Part shown: positions 1-10,770 of the stretch, piece after piece
Numbering within the stretch: position 1 is the first letter of the stretch
Layout: each line of letters opens with the position of its first letter
Assembly (NCBI RefSeq): GCF_001194135.2
Contig: NC_068984.1
Location: 102,378,265-102,415,632, forward strand
Length of the DNA stretch: 37,368 bases
Source: Octopus bimaculoides
Taxonomy: Eukaryota
Direction of reading: 5' to 3'
Program-made: the position numbers and the translations under genes
The notes under the pieces: generated by a model
Told to the model about the DNA's origin: nothing
Seen by the model: only the letters and a program-made list of their open reading frames with translations
The model's database searches: none

Positions 1-142
1 ATTATATTTATCTTATGATATTTACTTTACTTTATATTATACTCATTTATTGTGCTTTTAATTATTAATTTTTCTATATGTGATAGTGGATTTTCATCGA
101 TGAGTTCTTGAAACTTGGTTATTTTCCCTAAAACTATATATT

Positions 143-266
143 TTATATATAGATATATATATATATAGATATATATATATACATACATATATATATAGAT
201 ATATATATATATATACATATATATATACACACACACATATATATATACACACATATATATATACAC

Positions 267-321
<55 letters not shown>

Positions 322-325
322 CATA
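143..325. repeat. compound (TA)n/(CA)n microsatellite
   Basis: Directly visible; source of the YIYI/CVCV ORFs. Confidence 0.95.
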
Positions 326-832
326 TGTCAACCTCTAGTTGTCAGACATGGAGACAGCCACATTGTCTATTGTTGTTTAGCTCACTAATGATCAAACCTA
401 AATTGTTCAAGATCATTTAATTGACTTATACTTGATATTTTTTGTTGAATACATGATTGTCTTGTATTTCAAAACCTGGACAATAAATAAATAAATAAAT
501 GAATAAATAAAATATGACTTATTTTTCTCCTGCAAAACTTATTTTGGCTACAAATTGCCCTAAACTTTGTTCAGTAAAACTTTTTTATATAATGTAAATA
601 CTGTTTGTATGAACGCTATACAATTTGTTTCTCTCTCTTCTCTTGTGTATGTAAAACTCACCTTATGAAAACATACACTAACATTTTTACAATAAAACTG
701 TTTATGGAAACATGTGTCATGTGACAACATTTTTGTATTTTTACTTTCATATATATAAATATATAATAAAAATATTTACCTCCTATTCTAAAAAAAAAAA
801 ACTTGTTTCATTCAATCACACACACATATATA

Positions 833-953
833 CAGGGTGTCCACAAAGTCTGGCTACTTGGAGTAAATAAAATCATAACATAAATAATCAAATATAAGAA
901 ATAATAATTTCTTAAAGTATGTGTTAATCCCCATGTACCCAGACTTTGTGGAC
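833..953. mobile_element. Tc1/mariner-type MITE, copy 1 (truncated by the gap)
   Basis: TA|CAGGGTGTCCACAAAGTCTGG...CCCAGACTTTGTGGAC terminal inverted repeats. Internal part is the reverse complement of the copy at 34171-34297. Confidence 0.85.
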
Positions 954-980
954 NNNNNNNNNNNNNNNNNNNNNNNNNNN
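954..980. other. assembly gap (27 N)
   Basis: Run of N between a MITE end and a (TA)n/(CA)n microsatellite. Confidence 1.
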
Positions 981-1051
<71 letters not shown>

Positions 1052-1077
1052 TTCAATTTAGTGCATATACATGCACA

Positions 1078-1934
1078 CAGAGTGTTTGGAATAAATTTGA
1101 CAGTTTGTTTAGAAGGGAAAGAAAATTAAATATCCTATCTAAAAATAAAAACATTTTGAAAAATCAAAAAATATCAACAAGGTTATGCCTGGGAAATAAC
1201 TATTTACTCAAAGTAGTCATCCTCAGCTTCCAGTATGGCTTTGAAATTGCTCCAGAACCTGGTACATGCATTCCTCACTATGTCTCTGGTATGATCTTTA
1301 AACACCTCCTTGATCTCAGCCACTAGCTCAGTCTTGGTGTTGCAGGCAGTGCAGTTGGTGTCTTTTTTTAACCATGACCCACACATAATAATCCATGGGA
1401 TTACAATCGGGGAAATTAGACGTCCAGAAATTAGGGCTAGTAATGTCGTAGCAATTCTCTGACAACCACTTCTGACTCTTTTCCAGAGGTATAGCAAAGA
1501 GCTGAATCTTGCTACCACACATATAACCTTCCAGTAGCAACCATCTATAGTCAGGGTTTGATCACAATCTCCAGTATTTTCACATAACTCGTCTAAATTG
1601 AGCTTAAAGTCTTGTAAAGATATAGGGTAATATGACAGTAATCTTACTGGAAACACTCAAAGACCATCAGAGTTTAAGGGAACTTGGTTTTCATTATATG
1701 TGGGACATCACATGTAATATAGGCAAGCCAATGGTTGCATTGAGCAGTAGTCATGATGTTGGTATTTTGATACCCAGTATAAATCATCATGACTGGTAAT
1801 TCTTTTCCAAAAGTCAGATGTCTTCCATGTTAATGAACTTTTTCTCAACTACAACTTTAATCTTTATGCTCTCAAATATCATTGACTATTCACCTAAACA
1901 TCAACATATATTGCCAAATTTAGCCCACACCCTG
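1078..1934 (-). mobile_element. internally deleted Tc1/mariner (maT/DD37D-like) transposon relic
   Basis: Frameshifted transposase C-terminus WLSENCYDITSPNFWTSNFPDCNPMDYYVW...KKDTNCTACNTKTELVAEIKEVF...NACTRFWSNFKAILEAEDDYFE (ORFs 1328-1540 and 1204-1656). Degenerate TIRs CAGAGTGTTTGGAATAAATTTGACAG (1078) and the reverse complement CAGGGTGTGGGCTAAATTTGGCAA (1934), followed by TA. Confidence 0.8.
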
Positions 1935-2062
1935 TATATAGTCATTAAACTTAAGTCACTGTCAACATTTTGACTTGTAAAAGTTTAATAAACATAAACT
2001 CTACTGAAAAGTATTGAATTACTTTTATATATAACTTCACACTCACACATGCTATATGTGTG

Positions 2063-2108
<46 letters not shown>

Positions 2109-3482
2109 ATATGTATACATACACATATGTGCATGCATGTGTGCTGTGTGTATGTATGCATGTATATTAAAGCAGTTAAAATAGAAATTTATATCATCAT
2201 TACACCAGGTTTCACATTACCACTTTTTCAATACAACTTAATAATTTATTACAATTTACCAACTACATGTTTGACATAAATACTAAAAGAATACTAAAAG
2301 AATAGTTTTCAACTAGCAATAACCATGTTTTGGATTTATTTCTTTGGCTATGGATGTAAGTATTAGAGTAAGAAAACTGAGGCAGAAGGGTTATACATGG
2401 AAACAGAGAGGAAGAGAGTGTAAGAAGGGGAGAGAGAGACTGGGGAAAACAGAAGAGAAAAGAAAGTTAAGAAAATATATGAATAGGAAGAGAGAGAAAA
2501 AGAAAGATATAAAGAAGATAAAGAAATAGAATGGGGACAAGGAAAAGCAGAAGAGGAGAATGTGATGATTAAATAATCTAGTCGAGTGTTTGCTGACTTA
2601 AGTTTCACTTTCTGTACAAAAGGTTTCACAGCTACTTCATTGTTTAATAATTAACAAAAAAAGGAAGCCACATGTTACAAAAATGCATTCCATTAATTCT
2701 AGTATGCACAATGGACATAAAAGATGTTTCATGGCACATGATAAATATATAATCAGTGAGTCTGAAGTATTTACTGAAATATTTAGACTTACTGTGTTTT
2801 CTTTTATGTAATCTTGTGATGAATGTGGGACACTTCATCAGTGATGTTTCTTGTTGGGGTCAATAGTTGTTTCAGATCTTTCAACAATCAGACACACTTA
2901 CATAAGCAATCAAGTCTCACCTACTGTCCAGTGAGCACTACCTCTTTCAGGGCACATACCTCTTGATCCATAATTACCTTCAACCAAGCACTGCATCCAT
3001 AACTAACTTGATGGCTTTCTAACAAATGGTCATTGCGATGTAGGTACAGAAGAGAAACTAGCCAGTACCGTCCATATCTTACCTTAATGGGATCACTCTA
3101 AGAGTTTGTAGAGTGATGCCTGTGCAGAAACTGATTATGTGTTCTATAAAAATATTTTTTCTCATATTCAAGATGTGGTTCATTTGGATTTCAATAGGAA
3201 TCCACTTCTTTTTAAACAAAACAGTATTTTTGTTACAATAAACAATACACTTCATTCGCAAACTCATACAGATGATAATTTCATTCGAGTGACTTATTTT
3301 AATGTCAAAAATCTAAATGGCAAGATGGTCACAAGTTGAAAGCTTTTGGTAAAAGACCTGATTGATATGGGCTGATCTGGTATGATACAACAACTTTCCA
3401 TATGAAACCAGAGCTAGGCCCTAGTTTCTTAAATCCTTTCAAGGTTTAATAGATATTTGTATCTTACATTATTTCACATACA

Positions 3483-3885
3483 GAGGCACGAGTGTGGCTG
3501 TGTGGTAAGAAGCTTGCTTCCCAACTACATGGTTCCAGGATCAGACCTACTGGGTGGCACCCTGAGCATGTTTTACTATTATAGCCTGAAGCTGATCAAA
3601 GCTTTGTGAGTGGATTTGGTAGACAGAAACTGAAAGAAGTTCTTTGTACCTATATATATGAGTGTGTGTCTGCATTTATGTTGGTCCCCACCATCACCGT
3701 TTGACAATTAGTGTTGGTGTGTTTACGTCCCTGTAACTTAGCAGTTTGGCAAAAAGAGATCAATAGACTAAGCACTAGGCTTTAAAAAATAAGTCCTATG
3801 GTCGATTTGTTTGACTAAAACCCTTCAAGGCAGTGCCCCAACATGGTCACAGTTAAATGACTGAAACAAGTAAAAGAAAAAAAAA
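3483..3885 (+). mobile_element. tRNA-derived SINE family A
   Basis: GGCTGTGTGGTAAGAAGCTTGCTTCCCAAC...GGTTC head, internal (TA/TG)n, and ATGACTGAAACAAGTAAAAG A-rich tail. At least 8 copies in the window. Confidence 0.85.
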
Positions 3886-4505
3886 TACTTAAGTAGTACT
3901 TTTGAGAAAGGTATAAAAGCTACAACTCACATTTCTCCTTCATTTAGTTACACTAATCATCCCAGTTTAATACATTTGCTATTAAAGATAAATGTTTAAG
4001 CAATAAATATAGATAACTGATGTTTTGATTCAATAATATTCCATTATAGCAGTTCCTTGATAAGGACTTCTTTGACCAAGGCATCTTATCCAAAGGTTAT
4101 TAACGAATGGTATGAAAGTTTCTGATGGATGAGATGATAACTTATTATTCAGCAGTGCAAATACTTCGATCCATGCAATAAGTACAATAACTGAAGAAAA
4201 CTTCAAGGCAAACATGAAGCCTCCTCTACTACACTAGCTTAAAAGGTCTCAGAAAAGGGAGCTTCATATATCTTGATATAACTAGATATCTGGATTCAGA
4301 GCCAATCACTGGTTACTGAACACAGTTTGCTTTGATGTTTACGTTTGATACCTTGTTGTACTCAGCTTTGGCCATGAGGTAAAGCTTAGAAAAATATGAG
4401 AAACTAAGGACAAAAGATTCTTCAAAACGAATCCTTTCCTTGTCCACTAAAAGACATGATACAAGGGGACATTTGCAAACTGCTGAAAAGATTGATAAGA
4501 CTTAC

Positions 4506-4673
4506 AGCTTTGAATTAATTATGGTGTCTGTAATTCTCTCAACCAATGTCAGTCCTTCTTCTTTGGTGGTACTATTCAAGGAGATTTCTGAAGAATGTTT
4601 GTCTATCTCTTCATCTATCAATGGACCAAGAATGTTTTCTACCTGTCTTCTTAGCTGCTTCACAAAACCAAGC
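4506..4673 (-). CDS. TBC1D32: TBC1D32 second coding exon (168 nt), (R)LGFVKQLRRQVENILGPLIDEEIDKHSSEISLNSTTKEEGLTLVERITDTIINSK(L)
   Basis: Acceptor tttctttattcAG|G (AG at 4675-4674) and donor AAG CT|GTAAGT (GT at 4505-4504). The exon 1 AG plus this G makes Arg, so the join is in frame. The peptide aligns with vertebrate [25 protein letters not shown]...VVQQVTKRTQESK. Confidence 0.88.
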
Positions 4674-4963
4674 CTGAATAAAGAAACAAACACAAATACA
4701 TGATTTGAAACATTCATATTTATATATTAATTACTTTTCTACCTCCAATAAAGAAGTGTGTGTGGGGGGATATTCCATGTTCTCATAAGTTATGAAAGTT
4801 TACTCATGTTAAAATGGATATGCTTGCATTATGTTTCTAATATATAGTATATATAGTATAGCTTGTTTCTAATGATATATATATATATATATATTGTTAT
4901 ACTTGGGGATGGTCATCTTTTGTAAATTAAACACACACACTATCTATTTGATCTTCACTTTAG

Positions 4964-4964
<1 letters not shown>

Positions 4965-5003
<39 letters not shown>
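4965..5003. repeat. (ATT)n microsatellite
   Basis: Directly visible. Confidence 0.95.
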
Positions 5004-5004
<1 letters not shown>

Positions 5005-5244
5005 GCTTATTTATCTGTCAAAGTTCTTTCATCATACATTCTGTAACCTCTTCAGTGATTTTCTGTTTCATGTGTCACCTCTTGTCCTGCCTATTCAATT
5101 TTGGCTTTCTGTGGATACCAGAAAGGTGAATAAATAAACTAAAAGTAATAATGATAAAACTAAAGCAAAGATCAAATAAATAGTGCATGTGTATAATTGG
5201 CAAAAGATGACCATCACCAAGTTTAACGATATTTACAGTTCTAT

Positions 5245-5560
5245 ATTTAAGAGATGAGGAATTATTTACATTATTTACATTATTTACATTTGACGGATAT
5301 TTGTCCTCATTTTGTTTGTTGTTAACACAACGTTTCAGCTGATATACCCTCCAGCCTTCACCAGGTGTCTTGGGGAAATTTCGAACCTAGGTTCTCATTC
5401 CTAACGATGTTACTATTATTATATTATTATTATTATTACTATTATTAATCAGGTCGCTGCCATGAATCGAACTCGGAATCTTGGGGCTAGTAACCCGCGC
5501 TCTTAACCACTACGCCATATGCCCGTAGGCAATTATGGAGTGAATTTTAGGGCTTATAAA
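5245..5560 (-). mobile_element. composite non-autonomous retroelement: tRNA-like Pol III head plus PLE-type hammerhead tail
   Basis: Minus strand reads GGGCATATGGCGTAGTGGTTAAGAGCGCGG...GAGTTCGATTC (A and B boxes, 5524-5452), then (AAT)n, a hammerhead motif (5369-5324) and a (TGTAAATAA)x3 tail. Confidence 0.7.
5324..5369 (-). ncRNA. minimal type-I hammerhead ribozyme motif (core A6G variant)
   Basis: GACAC CTGGTGA A GGCTG-gagggtatat-CAGCT GAAAC GTT GTGTT. Stem I GACAC/GTGTT, stem II GGCTG/CAGCT, palindromic ACGT stem III. Confidence 0.7.
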
Positions 5561-5689
5561 TCTATTATTTTTCTATCCTTCCTCAATACCGGTTCCCATA
5601 TGCTATTCATATCTGCACTCGGTCTGCTTAGGAGGTTGTTGTGTCCTAGCATATGTGCTGCTTCTTTTAGTTTTCGTATTTTCCAGTGT

Positions 5690-5919
5690 TGTTCCCTGTG
5701 ACAAGGCTGACCCTTTGAATTACAGGCACAACAGAAACAGGAAGTAAGAGAAAGTTGTGGTGGAAGATTACAGCAGGGTTCGCCACCATCCCCTGCCGGA
5801 GCCTTGTGGAGCTTTAGGTGTTTTTGCTCAATAAACACTCACAATGCCCGGTCTGGGAATTGAAACTGCGATCCTATGACCACGAGTCCACTGCCCTAAC
5901 CACTGGGCCATTGCGCCTC
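5690..5919 (-). mobile_element. tRNA-headed SINE (CORE-like body)
   Basis: GGCGCAATGGCCCAGTGGTTAGGGCAGTGGACTCGTGGTCATAGGATCGCAGTTTCAATTCC head with A/B boxes. Shares CCTGTAATTCAAA...TTGTCACA with the SINE at ~15181. Confidence 0.7.
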
Positions 5920-6159
5920 TACACTTTGGCAGTACATATTCTAAAAAGGGATTACAAACATGTATCCTTGTTTGGCAGTACATGTTCTAAAAAGGGGATT
6001 AGATATATGGGAAAGGAACATAGAAGGTCTGACTTTGGCTGCACAAGATTTATGCCACAAAAGTAACAACAAAAATACAATGGGGCTAACATCAACTACC
6101 TAGTAGGTAGTCAGAACAGAGAAACTACATATTATGTAATCAGAACAGAGAAACAACTG

Positions 6160-6440
6160 ACCACATAATTTCTTGCTGGATTGGACAGGCAGCTATATCC
6201 ATTGAGTATTATGCTAATACTTTGCTGAAAGCTGAGAAGTGATATAAGCATACAAGCTGGAAAACATTTGAATAGACTGACAAGGTCAAAGAAACAAACT
6301 ATCAAGATATCATAATGAATGAAAGGAATGCAAATTTTTGTGCTGTGATAGACATCTCAATATTATCCTGACTAGATATCCCACCAAAAAGAAGTCAAGA
6401 AACAAAGTACAAGACTCTTGAAATGGAAAAACAAACTTGA
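6160..6440 (+). mobile_element. highly decayed R4/Dong-like LINE 3' fragment
   Basis: Broken frames give YIH-VLC...NYQDIIMNERNANFCAVIDIS-like peptides typical of the region around the restriction-like endonuclease. Confidence 0.4.
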
Positions 6441-6723
6441 GCAGAACAGGTGAGTTACAAAAATGTTATCCCTACTCAGTACAACTTACATTCTATGGAA
6501 GACACTTTCAGTTCAATAGTACAACTCACAGAGTACACTTTCTGCACAATTATACCCTAATACTATAACACAACCCATGCAGCAGCAAATACGTGACTCA
6601 ATGAAATAACACTAGTAATATAACACTTCTACAGATGATACCTGTAACAATATAAACCCTGTGGTACAATTTAGATGTATAATACAATAAAAGTAGCATA
6701 CACACACCACACATCAGGAATAC

Positions 6724-7040
6724 AGATGTATATTAGATTGTGCAGAAGCCAAAATAGAGAGGATATCAAAGAAAATAAGATTAAGAAATATTAGGACCTA
6801 GCTATAGAGGTGAAGAGATTGTGCAAGACAAAGTAGAGAATCGTTCCTGTGGTAATTGGGGCACTTGGCACAACAGCCAAAACGCTCCCTATGAGGCTGA
6901 AGGATACTGAATTTGAGATGCACATTGTTCACCTGCATAAGAGTGCCATCACGTATGCTGCAAGAACCCTAAGAAAGATTCTTGAGATCTGAGGAGACAT
7001 GTCACCAAACCCCAGGATAACATTCCGGCTAACTAATGTT
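6724..7040 (+). mobile_element. R4/Dong-like LINE 3' fragment
   Basis: KENKIKKY*DLAIEVKRLCKTK*RIVPVVIGALGTTAKTL...AARTLRKILEI* (stop at 6990-6992). Confidence 0.75.
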
Positions 7041-7044
7041 GTAG

Positions 7045-7480
7045 GATTTTTACATTCAAACTGAAGGGGTAATAGAAGCTAGAAGGCCTGATTTAGTTGC
7101 AGTATACAAAGAGAATAGAAAGTGTCAGGTAATTAACTTTACAGTTCCAAGTAATGAGAAAGACAATATAAGAGGTATAGAGAAAATAGCAAAGTTCCAG
7201 GACCTAGCCATTGAATTACAAAGGTTAAAGAAAGTGTGGGTAAAATATATCCCTGTAGTTATAGGTGCATTAGAAACTATTCCTAAAGATTTGAACAGAT
7301 GGATAGAGGAAACAGGCATAAAACCTAGTTTAGTACAGCTCCAGCAAACAGTATTATTAGGGATAGCTAGGATATTTACGAGAATTCTTAGCATCTAAGA
7401 TTACTTGTTGTAGCCCTGATTTTTCCAACAGTTTAATCTGTTGTGTGATATGAAATAATAATAGTAATAATAATAATAAT
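7045..7480 (+). mobile_element. R4/Dong-like LINE 3' end encoding the restriction-like endonuclease, with 3' UTR and (TAA)n tail
   Basis: Stop-free Met-less frame 7045-7398: DFYIQTEGVIEARRPDLVAVYKENRKCQVINFTVPSNEKDNIRGIEKIAKFQDLAIELQRLKKVWVKYIPVVIGALETIPKDLNRWIEETGIKPSLVQLQQTVLLGIARIFTRILSI*. Contains the RPD...K PD-(D/E)xK-type motif. Confidence 0.85.
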
Positions 7481-7697
7481 CCTTTCTGCTAAAGGCACAA
7501 GGCCTGAAATTTGTGGGGAGGGGACTAGTCGATTACATCAAACCTAGTGTTTCACTGGTACTTAATTCACTGATCCGGAAAGGATGAAAGGCAAAGTCGA
7601 CCTTGACGGAATATGAACTCAGAACATAGCAACAAACAAAATACTGCTAAGCATTTCACCCAGCATGCTAATGATTCTACCAGCACACCACCTTGAC
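7469..7697 (-). mobile_element. SINE family B (tRNA head, MetaSINE-like core GACTTTGCCTTTCATCCTTTC, (ATT)n tail)
   Basis: Shared sequence with copies at ~9015, 11755, 12440, 12667, 16625 and 20001. Confidence 0.8.
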
Positions 7698-7710
7698 AAT
7701 AATAATAATA

Positions 7711-8340
7711 TGCAGTACCAGGCAGTGACTCTCATGGCTTCCGATCTTAACTGATTGGAAGTGTTATCATGTACATTGTTTTGTCTTCATATAAAAGATG
7801 GGCTACAGCAAATATTCTGCTCAATACTACAGATTCGCTCGACCTTAACCAGCTGAGCATGTCCCTTAGTGGCTGACGATATGTACATCACTGACCACGA
7901 GCAGAAGTAGTAGGGGTGCATCATAGCCATGTGTGGAGAGGAATTCTTTGGGGTTTGGATAATTCACCTTTGGAAACATGGATGTTTTGTTCAACATCTT
8001 TAAACAACCCTTATTCAGGGACCTTTTGAGTGGGATGGGCCACTCGATATGAAAAAAATTCTAACTGGGTCCCAACCTGCAAGGTCATGCACTGTTTATT
8101 TAGTTGCTGTATACAAAGAGAATAGAAAGTGCCAGGTAATTGACTTTAGAGTCCCAAATGATGAGAAAGACAATATGAGAGGTATAGAGAAAATAGCATG
8201 AGATTACTCTATCGTGCACATTGTGATGCATGTGCTTGGTGTACCCTTATCAGATGGGTAGTTATGATGGGTATACTGGGCTTCGTATATTTTGCCCCAG
8301 TGTCACTTTGATGGCATGCATTGCTCTCTCAATCAATAAT
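7711..8340. repeat. interspersed repeat family C interrupted by a 101-bp LINE-derived insert (8098-8198)
   Basis: 7810-7950 is similar to 12196-12350 (AAATATTCTGCTCAATAC...TTAGTGGCTGA...GAGCAGAAGTAGT). Confidence 0.6.
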
Positions 8341-9014
8341 ACCTAATTTAAAAGAAAACAATTTTTTTTCCTTCTTCCCTTTTTTCTACCACAGGACTGT
8401 AAATGAACAATCTAGCATGTTTATTTTTATGGCCTACCAATGTATACAGTGAGTTTCTCTGCCCTAGGCATCAGGAAGACACTTGGCAAGAAATGGAAAC
8501 AAAATTGAAAGAAAGAAGAGAATAATGATAATAATAATAAGAAGAATTTCTCATTCTGTGGTTCAGCCTAGATCAACTTACATAGATCAAGCTAAGTGAG
8601 ATCAATCTTAGCCTGGAACGTGTAATTAATTTAATGTTTATTATACTCGAGAACTGACTGCATGACTGATTTGCTCTAGGATTAGTAGGCCAGACATCTC
8701 ACAGATTTGATAAATAACATTGAAAGTCATGAAAGTAGTGGCTATTCAAGTCTGTGTATCATCATCAGTAGGAGCAAAATCAACAATAGCAATAGTAATA
8801 AGGTACTGTGCTAACAGAATTGTCAGTGCCATGGGAAAAATACTTTGTGGTATTTTCATTTGGCACTTGACATTCTAGATTAAAATCTCATCAAGGCCAG
8901 CTTTTACTGGCATACATCAGTTGAGAATAGAAAGTGCCAGGTAATTGACTTCTCAGCTTTAATAACCTTATAATGTAAAGATTTACAAGATGCAAAATTA
9001 AGACAAAATCTTCT

Positions 9015-9215
9015 ACATTGGTTTCAAATGTAGGCACAAGGCCAGCAAGTTCAGGAGAGGGGTTAAGTCAATTACATTGACCCCAGTGCTCAAATGATAC
9101 TTATCTTATCAACCCCAAAAGGATGGAAAGCAAAGTCAACCTTGGTAGAATTTTAACTCAAAACCTAAAGATGGATGAAATGCCACTAAGCCTCTTGCCC
9201 AATGTGCTATCAATT
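9015..9215 (-). mobile_element. SINE family B
   Basis: GGATGGAAAGCAAAGTCAACCTTGGTAGAATTTTAACTC, the reverse complement of the family B core. Confidence 0.7.
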
Positions 9216-9337
9216 CTCCCATAAGTGTCTTCTATATTAGCATCATACTCTACAATTTGTTCTCATCAAGATGCTGAGTTCTGTGAGTTTAACAAGTCAC
9301 TAGTTTTACACACACACACACGCGTGCGTGCGCATAT

Positions 9338-10030
9338 ATCATCATCTTCTATTGTGCATGTTCTATGATGACATGGGTTGGATGGTTTGACAGGATCCAT
9401 TGGGCCCAAGGACTGCATTGTGCTCCAATGTCTGCTTAAGCATGTCTCTTAAGGCTGGATGCCCTTCCTAATGTCAGCTACTTTACAGTATGTATCAGAG
9501 GGAGTTTTTGTGGTACCAGCACTAGTGAGGTCACCATGCAGCCTACAAGACTAAGCTACCCTTCAACTGAATGGGGCTACAGTACAGAGGGGAAACAGAT
9601 TTAAGCTAGGAAATGAAAGGTTAATGTATGAGAGAAGGAGCCAAAATAGAACAGGTTTCTTGTTATAGAGGAGTTACATGGCTACACACATTATAGAAGA
9701 GTGGATGTGAGCAACTGGGGTGGAGCTGAAAAGAGCTGAAATAGTCATAATGAGGTGTCAAGGTGGATCCTCAAGGTATGGGGTGAGTAGAAGCGAGTAA
9801 GACAAGAGGAAAGGAAATGAGGTGTAGACAGAGGATGCAAGAGTGTACGGGAGAGTGAGAGATGCCAAGAAGTGGGGGATGGATGAGGGAATGAATACAA
9901 TAAATGAAGAATAAGTATTGAGAGATGATAAGTATACATTGGAGGGAAGGTAAGGGAGAGTAGGTGATGACTCTCAAGACTGGGTAGGGTTGAGAGATGG
10001 ATGTAGTGACTGGTGAGAGGGCATGAGGTG
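9338..10030 (+). mobile_element. repeat family D ((CAT)n start, GGATGCCCTTCCTAA core) with purine-rich extension
   Basis: Core shared with copies at 10240-10415, 19095-19205, 22178-22456, 27700-27883, 28688-28830, 29690-29903 and 30945-31250. Confidence 0.65.
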
Positions 10031-10419
10031 ATTAATAATACATGAGTACAATGTTATACACCTTGAGGATACACCATTACCATCTCCTCTCTCTTTTTCC
10101 AACTTAGGAAGCCATGTACCTCCTCTTCAGGAAGACACCTGTGCCTGTCTCACTACTCATACTTTCACTTACTTCATTTCTATATTCCTGAGGAATCTTG
10201 TCATGTGGATACTTAGTGAGCTCACAATGAGACAATGTCTTGAAAAAAATGACACAGTACACTTTGTAAATTAGTTGTTGTTAGGAAGGGCATCTAGCTG
10301 AAGAAACCATACCAAAGCAGACATTAGAACTTGATGTAGTCCATTGGCTCATCAGCTCCTGTTGGACCATCCAACCCATGCCAGCATGGAAAATGGGCAT
10401 GAAATGATGATGATGTTGG

Positions 10420-10770
<351 letters not shown>

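Noticed and set aside
330-476. Acceptor ttattgtccAG at ~477 (minus) followed by KYKTIMYSTKNI, superficially like vertebrate exon 3 YKEMMHYLKNI
   Set aside because: That peptide is in phase 0. In the required phase 2 the read is CTG TTT TGA (stop), and the similarity ends at a stop soon after. Exon 3 is probably outside the window.
690-712. TGTTTATGGAAAC as an X-box
   Set aside because: Only a half-site match in very AT-rich DNA; expected by chance.
27-1056. Long [12 protein letters not shown] ORFs (also 10344-10812, 13996-14321, 14457-15086)
   Set aside because: Translations of dinucleotide and trinucleotide microsatellites; no coding signal.
2344-2570. Lys/Arg/Glu-rich ORF
   Set aside because: Low-complexity purine tract; similar tracts occur at 9730-10030 and, as pyrimidine tracts, at 27470-27660 and 29960-30100.
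3540-3650. atatAG|G TAC AAA GAA (YKE...) on the minus strand, in the correct phase for exon 3
   Set aside because: It lies inside SINE A, has no pyrimidine tract and runs into a stop; coincidental.
5452-5524. tRNA-like heads as functional tRNA genes (also 5850-5919 and 22582-22657)
   Set aside because: Acceptor and T stems are damaged and each is embedded in an interspersed repeat; these are SINE heads or pseudo-tRNAs.
5925-6010. ~35-bp direct repeat TTTGGCAGTACAT(A/G)TTCTAAAAAGGG
   Set aside because: Only two units within decayed repeat DNA; not a CRISPR-like or functional array.
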